Positions 13,701 to 28,700 of a stretch of 64,000 nucleotides of DNA are shown here, piece after piece; position 1 is the first letter of the stretch, and each line of letters begins with the position of its first letter. The position numbers were made by a program, and so were the translations under genes. Below the pieces are notes generated by a model. The model worked only from the letters and a program-made list of their open reading frames with translations, had not been told where the DNA came from and made no database searches. Source of the stretch: Octopus sinensis (lineage: Eukaryota); NCBI RefSeq assembly GCF_006345805.1, contig NC_043022.1, positions 17,546,001 to 17,610,000 of the forward strand, read 5' to 3'.

Positions 13701-16700
13701 CTGTCTTTCTGTCAATTCAAAACTAAATATTCCTTTATGTTGACAAAATTAAATAAAAAAAAAATTTATTAATTCTTTTTGTTAATGTGAGTTTATTTAT
13801 AATAATAATGAAATTATTGTATACAGTGCTCAGGTGCACCACAACTTGCCAGAAAGTGCGTATAAAGTATATGCAGTAATGTACAAATGTCTGGAAAGCG
13901 AACAGTGTATGAGTCAGATACATGCTTGTGTGTGTATGGAGGGGAGGAAATCAGGTGTAGTGTTGGCGAATCTCAGGAAGCATGGAAGTTTTGAAGGATA
14001 CAGTGCTCCAACAACTAACAACTGATGCCAGCAGTTTGTTCCATGCTTCAGCAACTCTCAGCGTGAAAAAAAGTTTCCGAAAGTCATGGGAGCTGTGCTG
14101 TTTTCTGACTTTGTAAATATGTTCACGGGTGTTAGACAGGTGGAGTTTGAAAAGGTGCTCAGAGTTATTGTTAGTAAGATGGTTGATAATTTTATGGGTG
14201 TCTGCCAATTCAACTGCCAGACGTCGGAGTTTCAATGTGTCCATGCCCAGGGAAGTAAGGCATTCAGAATATGGCAAATGCCTGATGGAGGGTATTCTTT
14301 TGGTTGCACGTCACTGAACGGCTTCCAGATGATTGATATCCTGGGCATGATAGGGGTTCCAGACCAGTGATGCAAATTCCAGGTGAGGTCTTACCATAGC
14401 TATATAAAGCTGCAGATAGATAGTAGGAGAGCGGCTCACAAAGGACTTGATGAGAGATGCCAAGACACTCTCAGCCTTCTTGACAATTTTAGCGATGTGT
14501 TTTTTCCAACTCAAATCACTGTCGACAATAACACCCAGGTCATGTTCACACGAAGACTTTTTGAGATTAGCGTTGTGGAGGGAGTAGGTGGACACTGGGT
14601 TTCTCCCAAAATGCATGGTGGTACATTTGTCCACAGCCAGCTTGAGTTGCCAGTCCATGATCCACTGCTGCATTGTGTCCAGGTCTGCTTGCAATAGAGA
14701 TCTATAGTGTACAGGATCTGACCTCTTTATTTCGAGGTACAGCTTGATGTCATCTGCATATTTCAGCACTGTAGCATTCTTTAAGTTGGCATCTTTGTCA
14801 TTAACATATGCAACAAATAAAAGGGGACAAGAACAGATCCCTGTGGTACACCAGATGTCATCTCATAGGGCGAAGAGTGCTGTCCTAGAACTGTGACAAC
14901 CTCTTTTCGGCTGAAAATAAAGGACTTCAACCAGTTATGAGTTTGTCTCTTACGCCCAACGCAGAGAGTTTCACCATAAGTCTTTTGTGTGGCACAGAGT
15001 TAAAAGCCTTAGCAAAGTCCAGGTAAACAACATCCACCCAGGATCCGTGATCAGTGATTTGGGTAATGTCCTCAAGAAACTTGATGAGTTGATTACAGCA
15101 GCTGGAGTTAGGAATAAATCCAAATTGTGACGGCTGGATGAGGCTGTGAGACTTCCAGAAGTTCCAGAGGGTTTCCCTGATACAGGATTCCATCAGTTTG
15201 GCGATACAGCTAGTAAGACTAACGGGGCGATAGTTGACAGGCGATGTGCGGTCACCTTTTTTGAACAGAGGGATAACACTGGCAGTTTTCCACTGCTCTG
15301 GAGTAACACCATTGTCGAGACAGAATTGGAAGAATAGAGAAAGTTGGCTTAGAAGAAAGTACCCACCGCGTTTGAGAAGTAGGTATGTAACACCATCGAG
15401 ACCAGGAGAGGCATAGTTGCGTTTATTCTTAAGGTGGCGTTGTAGCATTGCTGGTGTAAATTGCATAGTAGATATAGATTCCGATATCAGTGGTGATGAA
15501 GATGGAACATTTTGGTCTTCGATAGTAAAGATGCCGGCATAGCATCCAGCAATGATTTTTGCACATTCTTTGGGATTGCCAGTAATCTGTCAAAAGAATT
15601 TTTTAAACCCACATTTTATTGATTTAAAAACTAAAAAATGTTCATATTCTTCAGGGATTGAGAAAAATTCAAATGACTTTACCTGTTTCCTAAATCTCTT
15701 GCAATTGTTTTCCGTTCCTTCGTAGAATAACATTTCATACCTTTTGTGTGTGTAAACAAATATGTCAGTCCTTGGACCCTGTTCTTACAGGGAGATATTT
15801 ACTTCTATTTGATATAGAAACATTGGTAGTTTGAGTGAAAAGGAAACTTGAATAGCTACAGAAATCTGTAAATAAGTCACTCTTCAGTAATTTGTTTTCT
15901 TTAGTATCTTTAGATCATATTTAGAAAAGCCAAATATCTCGTAATGAGTAGACTGTACAGTTGATTGAAACAAGAATATAATAGTACAGTTGACTGAATC
16001 AGCCCTATTGGTATCTGCTTTTACCAATTTAAAATGATGAAAGACAAAATATTGATGGTGTGTGGCCTGCATTATTTGAAGTTGTCTGGCTATGTCACTA
16101 ATATCAGAGGCAGGATACCAATATATTAAAAGCTGCTGTAATATGGAATACATACAAACACACACGTAAGGAATGTTGGTGCTAATTACTATGTGAGCTC
16201 AACTAATTGGATATACCTAACTGCAGTGAAAGTGAGTTATCCAACAGATCCACAATACAAAGGACATGAAAAAAGAAATGACAACTGAGGAATAATTTAG
16301 AAATCTTACTTCATTGTTCCTAAAGTTATTGGGCTGGTTGTGCTTCATAAGTACAGATTTACAAAATGTTTAATCTGCAGACGAAATTGTCAAAATATGG
16401 AAAATGTTTCAAAAAATCAATTCTTGAAAAGGAACAAAAGAAACGAAAGCTTTCTACACACTTAGACTGCACCTCCTTATCCAGAACAGTAAGCTATATA
16501 ATATATTAATAGTTTGAAAAGTTTTTTTGTTTTTTTTTAATTATGACAACAATCCTAATAATGAAATTGAACAAATATGATCTGCAATAGTTCTAGAACC
16601 CTCCATAGCTGCCCAGAAGATTGTAATGAATACCAAACTTCTACTACAACTTTCAGGACTCTAAAAATTTCTTTCCTTTTTCTTAAATCAGTTTTCATGT

Positions 16701-19700
16701 CTTTGCTCGTAGATTTGTAGATTTGATTTGCTCTAATTTTGCTCTTCTCTGTTTGTTTTTAATTGTGAATCCCTGGCTTTTTTGTTGTGGACTTAACATT
16801 TGAAGGAATGAAAGATAAAATTGATCTTGGTTGGCTTTCAGCTTGGAATGCAGCAGCTACTTCAGTAAAAATGATGTTCTCTTCTTAGAATTTGTGTTAT
16901 CAGTTTACATAAAAGGTGATGACACAGTAAAGTGCTGGACTGGGTACTTTTTTTTTCTTTCTTTTACTGCTGTCAGTTATTGGACTGTAACCATGCTGGG
17001 CTGATGCCATCAGGGTTTAATCAAATATATCGCCCCTAGCTATTTTGCTTTATTGAATAATTGTTCTCTCTTTCAGTGGTGGAGGCTTCTTCACCTTTGA
17101 GCAAATTACAAGATAACCTCACGGGTACTTGTGCCACTAAAAGAAATGCACCTGGTACTTTTTATAAAATGGTTGATGTTGGGAAGGGCATCCAGTCATT
17201 GAAATGAAGCCAAAGTTGAGACACCTGAGCACTACATGGTCCACTGACCCAACAGATTCGGTTAAGCAATTCAACCCCTGCCAGCATGAAATTATGACCC
17301 TGATTTCACATTAAAATATATCTGTTTTGGGAGTTATCTATTCTGAAGGAGTAAATACTACAAGGAACACACAAGTAAATACAACCAAACTACACACACA
17401 CACACACACACACACAGAGTTTATAATAATGTTCACAGTTACCTTTAAGTTTCTCCCATGCTAACTTATTCAAGTTGTTGGGTCTTTGTTCAGTTATACA
17501 CATCTCTCTCTCTCTCTGTATAAACACACACACACACACACGTTATGTTTTAGTCTTCTGCAAGGTATATCATCACTCCTGGACAAAAGCTTCAGCATCT
17601 TCTCTCTATCTACTGCAGTTTCATTTTTTCTCATCCATGTTTTGGTGCCAAAATATTTAACAAAGTCTTCCCCTCCAACTTCTGCATGGTCTTCCCCTCC
17701 TCCTTTTTTGTCGATGTTGTGTTCACTCTGTCAATTTGTCCACCTATTGTCCTTTCTTCTGAATATGTTCCTGCAAAAGACCTCCCACTGCACACATCCT
17801 CTCTCTACTTCTGGTTTGTCTATAGGCTTACTTACACCGCCGTTCTCCACCTTTCTTGTACTGCTACTTATTACCGCCTCTTTCTAACTAAGCCACTTCT
17901 CTATTCTTCGACCCCCCCCCCTACTGATATTTACCATTGACTGCCCCCCCCTCTTCATCCTAATTCATCATTCACTGCACTCACCTCTTCCTCCATCTCT
18001 AATCATTTCTCACTCTACTCTCACCCTTTCTGATTCTCTCCTTGTATTTTGACAGTCTGCCCTCACACCTCATCACCACCTTCTTTATCTTCATTTCAGC
18101 TATTTCCACCCACTTCCATATTATGTACTGTTGCCAAATATCTCTCCCGTAGCAAAACAGCTCTGCTTGTCCCTCTCAGCATCTGGCCAACTCCCTCTAC
18201 ACTGCACACCTAGTTTTATCAAGAGGACTAGCCACAGCTTTATGAATGGATTGGGTAAATGGAAACTGGAAGAAGCCCACTGTATAGGTGTATATATATG
18301 TGTGTGTGTGTGTGTGTCCGTGTCCTTGCCTTGATATCATGGAATAGCTATAAATGTGAGTTGCTCTCATACAAGTGGAGTCCCCAGTTTTCACTCATCC
18401 ATGAAAACACGCAGGTATGTAGAAATATTTCCTTACAAAACAGTCAGGATTGGCAACAGGAAGGGCATCCAGCCATAGAAAATCTGTCTGGCCCATTCCA
18501 TCATGCAAAAGTCGCTGTTAAAATATGTATACACACATACACACACATTTATACAATATTTTGTCTATATTTGCTATATATAAAACGTTTGCCACAATAT
18601 CAAACAAACCATTAGATCGTATTGTACACCACCGTTCACAGTGCGCTTCCAATTCTGTGTCTTGATTGCACCATTCTTTTCCATGTTGACCCAATTTTTT
18701 TTAACTAAATCATCTTCCCTTCATTGTGGAGGCCTTCCACCATAGCCTTTGCAACTTCTTGGATATCACTAAGCAACTGCACAAGTCCACCTCTTCTCTG
18801 TGAGCCTTGCAATATGTCTCACCCAGAGAAACTTGTGCTTCCAGTATTCTGCAATCACTCCACTCCATTCTTCAATTATCTCATTTTGAATATGCTCCCG
18901 TAACGATATCCCTAGCATGGTGTGTGTGTGTAGCCCTGGACTGACCGAAGTCTTATGAGAGGATCTGGTAGAGGAAAACTTTATAGAAATACTTTAAAAT
19001 TTTGCAATATAGAAGCTATTTTGCATGTCTTCTGCATGTTTGGCATGTGCAACAGCATTTTATATGACTTGGCTTTATTGATGAATGAAACTATTATTTT
19101 TATTGATTTGTTTTGTTACTTATTGATAAAATGGCTGAGAAAAACCAGCCAGTGCATTTATGTTATTGAGTTCTTCTTTAGATTCTAATGTGAAGTCTGT
19201 CTTAAAAATGATATGAATATGTTAAAGAGACATTTTGATCTCAATAGTCTGAACTGGTCATTTTATGGTGTTGGTGTTCAATGACGTTACTGCAGCAACA
19301 GTAATACTTCTACAGAAGGTGACAATGAAATTGAAAGGAAATAAATTGTGTGGTAAGAAGCTTGTTTCCTAACCACATGGTTCTGGGTTCAGCCTCACTG
19401 TGTGCCACTTTAGACAAGTGTCTTCTGCTATAGCCTCAGGCCAACCAAAGCCTTGTCAGTGGATTTGGTAGGTGGAAACTGAAAGAAGCCCATTGTGTGT
19501 GTGTGTCTTTATGTTTGTCCTGCCACCACTTGACAACTGATGTTACATCCCTGTAACTTAGCGGTTCAGTAAAAGTGAAAAAAAAAGAAGATATTGGGTC
19601 AATTCATTTAATTGAAAATTTTTTCAAAGTGGTACCCCAGCATGGTTGCAGTCTAATGACTGAAACAAAAGGATAACAATCAGGCACAGCTCCAGCATGG

Positions 19701-22700
19701 CTGCAGTCCTATAACTAAAACCACTAAAGGAATAAAAGAAAGAAAACCACTGAACATATGTAGTATGTTTAAAAAAGCATTAATAGTTGGTTGTCTTCAG
19801 TAAATGCCTTGATTAGGGTTTATCTAAAAGACAGCTCTTGTCATCCTACTATGCAAGATTGTGTAAAATGATTCCCCTCGAACTGACTGGATCGTTTTGG
19901 TCTCAGTTTAACTCTTCCTATGATAGGCAGACAGACTGAGGTTTTGAGTGCTAATCACCTTTGTCAAGCACGTGTTTTTGACCTCCCCAGCTCTTGTCTC
20001 CTAGATTTATGTTGTCTCATTTGTAGTCTGTATATTAGGTCATATTGTTTGATGTCTTCATTTATATTATTTCAAATATAAATGTTGATTATTTTTGCTT
20101 TTTTAAGTGTTATTTTTGTATATCAGTATTACTACTAAATAAAGCATGGGAAATTTATCTGTAAATAATGGATTCAATGTAAAAACTACACTTTTGTGTT
20201 TGTGAATGTGTATCTGTTTAAATTAGAGCTGCATGATGATGTTATATATAACAACAGCAAGATATTGTTAAATTTTTGAGCAGATATTATTGTAGGGACA
20301 TTGTCTACTATTTTGCACGTTTTCTTTCCCCTAATATTTGTAAATTCACTATTGTGTAAATGTTATTTCTGAAGTATATAGAATATTAAAAGTATTATAA
20401 AAAATATCTTCTTCTATTAGATTAGGCCTGTGCAACATAAAAGAAAAAGATGAAAGAATGTAAAATAGTAAAAAAAGATATTGGCCTTGTGTTTTGTTAA
20501 CAGCTGTCATTGAGTAGCTTTAGTTGCCTGTTTTGTTTATTAATTAGTTGTGTACAGTTATATTTATATATTTTACAATATCATGAAATTACTAAGAAAA
20601 GATCGTGGCAGATTTTGTGGGTGGGTGTAAGAATTTCTGTTTTATTGGTCCTGTGCATACCAACCTGGCTGAAACTGCCTCTGGCTCTCTGGTACAAATG
20701 TCTTGTTTTCAAAAGTTCTGAATTAAAATCTTCCACCAAACCTTAGTTACAATTTATGTTCCTAACACTAGCTTGATAACTAAAATATTTTACTAAATCC
20801 TTTGTTATATTTTAAATTAGTTGAAAGAAACACAGAGCATCTCAACAGAAATATGGTAACAAAAGGGTTAAGTTTATTTTAAAGGGTGGGTTGTGAAACA
20901 TTATTTCCTAATTTGATATGTTTATTAATGATTTTATTTTTTTATTCTTTCTTTTCAGACCTGTGTGGCCTCTGTTCAGTCTTCTGCATCATCAACCGTA
21001 TCATCTAGCTGTGCAAATGGAAAAGCAGGCAACAATGGAAGTAAAGGGCTTGTCTCACAGGCTGGAAGTAGCCAGGGCCAAGCTACTCCTCACATTGGTG
21101 GTAAACCTGTTTTCTCCACTCAAGCAGTTCCATCCTTATTGGTTGGACAGATAGGTAAGCACTTAGATTCTCTTTGATTAAAACATTTTATTTTATGGAT
21201 TTCTTTTCCACCGATAACATTGTTCTAGATCGATGTTAGTCTTCAGCTGCTGGTCATTCCTTATGGAGACCATTGAGCAAAGCTATTATTGCTACGACTT
21301 TTTTTTCCTTCAGACATGGTGTATCTAAGACTACCTCATCCACTGTAAACTGTTTAAAATGATAGGGAGATTTGGCTGCTACTTTTAGTCGGATGAGTAA
21401 CTGTGTAGAAGCTCTTACATTGGTTCAAAGTTCTAGAAGTTTCCAATGTGTGTGAAGTACAATCTGGTTTAAAGTACATGATCAAAAGTTCAAACCCTGC
21501 TTGAGCTATCAGTATACAAACTGTTCTAAATTTGCAAAACCTATCTTTTATGTGTTATATAAAAACAAAAAGCAAAACAAAAATGGATGTAAATATTCCT
21601 AAACATTTCAATTTGAAAAAAGTATGAAAAATATGGTTTCATTTAATCTTTCCAATTGGAAAATGTGGAAATCATTGATGGCAGAAAGAGAGTAGAGGGT
21701 CAAAAGTGAACTTTGGGAAACACCAGAGTTGATAGAAAATGGAACAGAAAGAGATCCATCAACACTTGGTGCGATGTAATAGGAAGTTGTCAATCTAAAA
21801 GACAGGAGATTGCATGCCGAGAAAATTCACCGTAAATATTTTTACTGTAAGAAAATTTGCCATCGGAAAATTCAGTGTCAGGTATATTCACCATGATAAA
21901 GAGTTTTATATCAGCAATTTTTAAAATGAAAGAAAAAGAGTGGTAAAATGTTTTAAAAACGTGTTAAATAGGGCTTCTGTTCAGTTTCCATCTACCAAAT
22001 CCACTGAAAAGGCTTTGGTTGACATGAGACTATAAAAAGTGATCCAAGGTGCCACACAGTGAAACCAGCCATGCCTGTACCTTTATATTATGTTTCAAAC
22101 CTAAACATATCTCCTTGTTTTATCACGACAGTTGTATCATTTTTTTAAACAGAGCAGAAATAATTTGACATCCAAAACCAAAATGTTTTTTTTTTTTCTA
22201 ATAATGTTTTATCGATATTAACAATTTTGATGAAACTTCTTTGTCAACTTTTTCTGATGAACACTGCTGGAACTCTTTTTTTCACACAAATCCTTAAAAT
22301 ATTTCCCCCGAGCTTAAATTAGTGACCACAGTGTTTTAAGGCCTGGTGCTCCCTAGTTTCTGTTGGTCTACACTGAAAAATCTTTTGAAGCAATGATTTC
22401 TAAAAGATGCAGAAGGCCACACACTTCAGAGTACGTAGAGTGAAATATATTGGCCTTAATATTTGACTAATCTATATTTTAACAACCTCCGAAAAATGAA
22501 AGGCACAGTGGCTCTCAGGAGGATTATTAAAGGATAACTTTAGCAAATGCAAGTCAACTTTTCAATGTTTTTGAATGAGTAAAATGAAAGCTGTGGAGAT
22601 GATAGAATTAACATTATAGTATCAATTCAGTCAGTTGTAGCATATCTCTTTTGCTAATCAAAATCACCCCTTATTACAAAATGAAAATGTGAGAGTGTTC

Positions 22701-25700
22701 TTCAAAGATGAATTTTATTTGGTTTTGAAGATTAATAGATATCAACATTGGAAACTCAATTATGTTTAGTTCAGCTTGTAAGCAAGCCTCTGACAGATGT
22801 GAGAATTCTCTCCCTCATCCTTAAGGGATTTTTCCTCAATATGAATTCAGCTTTGCATACACATGAAACACGCTTCGGTGCTTCCAACGATGAGCTTTCC
22901 TTTTATGTAAACTAGGCATCACACAGTTCACTGTATGGGGCTTACTTTACATAAAAGAAAGAATATGTATATTCTGTGCACTTTCTTTATTCCTCAACTT
23001 CAAATTCCACCTTCTAGTCCTGCCCAGTATTTATGTAGAAAATGATTGTCTCCCTTACATTGACTGACTCACACAGTAGGTTTGACGAAAAGATTATTTT
23101 CACAAAAATTTCTTATCGTTTTTGTAACATTGATATAACAGTTGGTGCTACCAGAAATTGGAACCAAAGTGTTAATAATGTATTTCTACCACATGTGTAT
23201 CTCTAATTAATTTTGCCACAGCCTTTCTGGTTATAATGACTTAACATATCCCTGTTTGAATTTTTGTCTAAATTACTTTTTTTGGAAGCACTCCGTCGGT
23301 TACGACGACGAGGGTTCTGGTTGATCCGATCAACGGAACAGCCTGCTCGTGAAATTAACGTGTAAGTGGCTGAGCACTCCACAGACACGTGTACCCTTAA
23401 CGTAGTTCTCGGGGATATTCAGCGTGACACAGAGAGTGACAAGGCCAGCCCTTTGAAATACAGGTACAACAAAAACAGGAAGTAAGAGTGAGAGAAAGTT
23501 GTGGTGAAAGAGTACAGCAGGGATCACCACCATCCCTGCCGGAGCCTCGTGGAGCTTTAGGTGTTTTCACTCTATAAACACTCACAACGCCCGGTCTGGG
23601 AATCGAAACCGCGATCCTACGACCGCGAGTCCGCTGCCCTAACCACTGGGCCATTGCGCCTCCACGTCTAAATTACTAGCTTTTGTGACAGAACCTGTAC
23701 AAATGTTTTCTTGCATAAAATCTGTTAAATATTACTAAATTTTGTAATAATTTCTTTTTCCAGGTGTTTTACCTGGCCAAGGACCTTCTGGCAATCCAGC
23801 TTTTGTCTCACAGGTAAATATCTCTGTTCTATATATGTCTTGAAAGCTTTATATGTTGTTAATTTCTGGCATTATTAAATTTTAATTATTTAAAATAAAA
23901 TTTCTATTTAGTCATTGAATTTTTTTCATTGGAAAAAGAAATCAGTTTTTTTTTTTCCGACATTTGTAGAAACTCAGTGGATAAGGTAATTGAGAGATTG
24001 ATATTCACTTGAAGTGTTTTGCTATGTTTGGACAGAATTGTTATTACAATATTTATAAAATCATCCAAATAACAACTTAATAGGCACTTCCAAATTAATA
24101 AAATTTGATTATTTAATTGTGTTGAAATTAAGGTAAAATTTTCGAAAGAAAAATTCATCATTTTGTTATTGTGACTCTTGTTGAATATATAACATTGTTT
24201 TTGTTGTACAGAGAACGTTTATATCATTGCCAAAAGCAACCATATCAGTTAGAGAAATGTATGAAAACATTATAAAGAGCAGATGAGCCATGACCATATG
24301 ATTCAAACCCAGCGTATGGCTACTTGGGCAAATATCTTCTCCCAAAGCTTTAGGTCAACCAAAGCCTTGTCAAAAATTTAGTGTGTTGAAACAGGTCTTA
24401 TATATAGTCTTGTATAACCTCATGTATTCTCATCTAAAATGAAGACAAGTACTGACACTTGTTTTCATATTGCACACTTGAACAGTTGCGAAGCTCTCTT
24501 CATGTGAAACCATTGGTTGCCTTGTTAACCCCACAAACAAAGTATGTGTCTACTCAGTAGATGGCAGTATTGGGTAGAATGCAGAACTTTGTTATGTCTC
24601 TCAATTTGAATCCCATCCAAGTCAGCTTTCCCTTAACTCTCCTGGAGTAGATATAATCAGCTAAAACTCTTAAAGACAATTCTTTAACAGGTTGCAGTCA
24701 AATGACTGAAAGTAGTAGAGACTAAAAGAGTCTTTTGATAGTTTGTCTTTTATTTTGTCTATTCTGTTTAGACTTTACTCTTTTCTGAAAACTAAAACAG
24801 TTTTGTTTTATTTTTTTTTTTCTTCCAAGTCCCTCATATGTTTCTGTGGATAACTAGAAAACTGTGGAACTCTCCATGGAAAAGGTTATTAGACCACGGA
24901 ACACAAATCTCTTATTCTGATTTGAGTGACATTTTACAGTTGATAGGGCGTGTGATTTCCAAAGACCTAACAATTCATATCTTATTACAGGTATTCCGAA
25001 GTGTCCATCATCAACATGCTTAACATTTTGCTCTTGCTTTAGAATCTTCCAGAGCCAGCAATAGCAAAACGTATTTAATGAGTATTTCATTAGTTTGAGT
25101 AGGGTAGGAGCACGAGTTTTAAAACTTTTCTGGGCCTCTGAAAGCAGTAACAGAAACCATTCCCAGTTATTCATTCATGAACAGTGTTAAAGATTTATGT
25201 TTCTGTAACATATTATTAATGTTTTGTAAGATAACAGGGCAACACCGTTTGTAGGATATGTAGGGAGGAAGGCGAGGAAAAAATGGAATAAAATAAAACA
25301 GGATAAGATACAACAAAGTGGGGAAATGAAATAAAATAAAATAAAGTGAAACAATAAAGGTAGTAGAGTTTAATTTTCTGTAATTGGCCGATGGTTTATG
25401 AAAATTTTTTCTCTTTATTGATGTTTTTTTTCTTAACCTTTCCAGTCCAAAAATCAGTCAGCTTGTCACACTGTTGTTTCACAGCCTCAGCTGATCAATT
25501 CCCAATCACCTCTTCGCATGAACAGTCAGTCTCAACTTGTAACCAGTGGTGGCCAAATTTTTGCATCTCAACCAATGCTTACAAATCCAGCAATGCTGCA
25601 AGCTATGGCCAGCTTACAGCAGGGTATCCCTCTTGCAGCCCACCAACCCTTACTTGCAACTCAATCGCCAACTATTTTGGCTGGTCAGCCTCTCTATATT

Positions 25701-28700
25701 CGTACTGCTACACCACTTCAACAGCAACCGTCTATGGTTGCTGCAGCCACTGCAATCCCAACTGGGATGCAGCCTGTTAACTCATCGAAAACTGCCAAAC
25801 TCATTGACATGACAACTGGTCTGCAAGCTAAAACTGTTGGTGTCCCCACAAAAACAACAAATCAAGGCAATAAAGGACTTTCAACAATTTTACCTTCAAC
25901 ATCAAAAGGGTCAAACACTGCAAAAATACACCCAACAAATATATCTATGCAACCAAATTCTGGTCCGAAACTCAATATTCCGACCATCACACCAAAGCAA
26001 ACTACAAAAGTGCGTACAAAAAAAAGCAACCCTTTGTCAACAGGGTCCCAAACAAAGCCCAGCATGCCTACTAGTCTCTCCAAACCAACTACCCCCACCA
26101 GCCAGACAAATGGTGCCACTAGTCTGCCAAAGAGTCAATCAGACTCTGAAGTTGAAACAGGGCGCAAGACAATAGCCATGATGGAAAGCACTTCAGAGAA
26201 GAAAACCCTCACAGAATCCACTTCAAAGCAGTCAACATCTGAGCAAAAGCAAGAGAAAAGAGCCCAGGTCGATGCTCCACAGCCTCCAACAACCACCCAA
26301 GAAACCAGGCAGGTTGAATCAATGGATGTTTCTTCTGGGAAATCACAACATCCTGCACCAAATATGCTGGACAATTCTGTTGTAGTTGAGAAACAGAAGG
26401 CTATTGTCAAACCTCATATATTAACTCATGTTATTGAAGGCTTTATTATCCACGAAGGTCCAGAACCATTTCCGGTGAGTTTTTCTTTCACTTCCCTTTT
26501 ATTGACTTTTGTTGTTTTAATTAACAATTTCTTTAGACAAGGCATGAGGCTATCAATATACTCGTCTGTTGGTATTTTATTTTGTTAACCATGGCAAGAT
26601 GGAAGTCTGTATTTATTTATTTCCTTTTGAAAAACACTAGTTTAAGGCATTTAATCTGTTGCTTTACTGTTTCTGCTGTCTGTCCTATCCTAGTTTCAAT
26701 TAATAATGGAATACAATCCACAAAGCTTGGCAGCTGATGCAATGACCATCCTACCACTAATTGGCATGCATAATTATCATCACAAAGAATTCTAAAATGC
26801 TTAATTGTTTATATAAGCAGATGCTATGTTCAAGACTGGCATCAAACTTTATTGAAATAGTTATTTATTTTCTAATACAAGTTCATTCAGTGCAGCTTTG
26901 TTTTCAGTGCCATTTTTTTGAGTAATTACTGTCTATGTTAAGAGAAGCTCACCTGTCCAAGCTTCTAATTATTGCAGTTTTGAAAGATTTTGCAATCAGT
27001 CCTAGGTGATTAACGTACCTAGTATGGGCTCTTAGTTCTAAATTATTTTATTTTGTAAGGGTTAGGATGAGAAGAAGAGGGTTGGTGACAAAGGTAACTG
27101 TGAATTGACTGTTGATCATCAGAATAAGTTTTGAACTGTTTCTGGGGAAAATTAGAATTGTGAGAGAATCACTTAGAAAAGATTGAACTATTTGATCCTC
27201 TTCTCTGCATTCTGGTTGTCTTTTTTAGGTGCAACCCGTGGTGTTTGTATGTGTAAAGCAACATCCCGGATTTATACAAAAATCAGTTTTTGATTCACAA
27301 ATCATCAACGTCATCATCATCGTTGTTTAACGTCTGTTTTCCATGCTAGCATGGGTTGGACAGTTTGACTGGGGTCTGGAAAGCCAGGAGGCTGCACCAG
27401 GCTCCAGTCAGATCTGGTAGTGTTTCTATAGTTGGATGCCCTTCCTAACACCAACCACTCTGTGAGTGTAGTGAGTGCTTTTTATGTGCTATCGGCACAG
27501 GGGCCAGAGGAGGCTGGCAACGGCCATGATTGGTTGGTGCTTTTTACATGCCACCAGCACGGAAGCCAGTCAAGGCAGCGCTGGCATCAGCCACATTTGG
27601 ATTGTGCTTTTTATGTGCCACCGACACGGGTATCACAACTACAATTTCCATTTGATTTTGATGTTGATGTACTTGACTCAATAGGTCTCCTCAAGCACAG
27701 CAGGTTGTCCTACGATCCAAGGTACTTTTGAATGGGCTGGTGCTGGTTATACAAAACTGGTGTAGGATACAGCTGTGAACTCACTTCATTTGTTGGGTCT
27801 TTGCAGTCATTGCATATCTCCAGAGGTCTCAGTCTTTTGTCATTGCCTCTGTGAGGCCCAATGTTTGAAGGTCATGCTTGACCACCTCATCCCATGTCTT
27901 CCTGGATCTACCTCTACCCTGGATTCCTTCAACTGTTTGGGAGTGGCACTTCTTCACTCATCTCTCTTCATCCATCCGTAGTACATGACCAAACCAGCAC
28001 AAACGTCTCTCTTGCACGCCACATCTGATACTTCTTATGTCCAACTTTTCTCTCAGGGCGCTTACACTTTGTTGTGTGTGCACACTGACATGACACATCC
28101 AGCGGATCATGCTAGCTTCATTTCTTTCGAGCCTACGCATGTCCTCCGCAGTCACAAATTTTGCCATAAGTTATTGACAGATCAAAGTTAAAGTATATCC
28201 TGGTCCTAAAGCTGGGAAAATCTAATAATTGTAGCAATTTTGAGGGTTTTAGTTGTGTTATGCTCATATGTAGAGATGGCACCTTGCACACCAGTTTGTT
28301 TGTATCTGTAATGATAGTGTGTTGGTGTTGTCTACAGACACTAAGTTGTCACTTGTACATCTCTCAAAATAGATGACTTCCATTGAGGATATTGTCTGTT
28401 GTGCTCAATATAGTAAGATGTACCAGCCTAGACATATGGCCCTTTCGTATTATCTGGCATACTTAGATCCTCTGGGGAAGGTTATTGACTGTTGAATTGT
28501 TAAAATATTTTACGGTGTGCTGCTCTTTTAAAGTCAGACAATGTGCAAGAGCCATATTCAACTGATTTGCAACACTTTTGTCATGGTTGGCCCTTAATTT
28601 ACATTGTCAGTGCTCTTAAGAATAAGCTTGAGCATCACAGTTTCTGTGGCCACTGGGGAGACTTAATGTAATGCTAAATGTTCACACAAATGTTTGTCAC

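Noticed and set aside
23590-23665. tRNA-Arg gene
   Set aside because: It is the head of a 388-bp SINE with body, A tail and 12-bp TSD; the acceptor stem is not convincingly paired.
25391-26410. Overlapping alternative-frame and antisense ORFs in the large Ph exon
   Set aside because: Shadows of a GC-richer coding exon with low stop density; no recognisable motifs.
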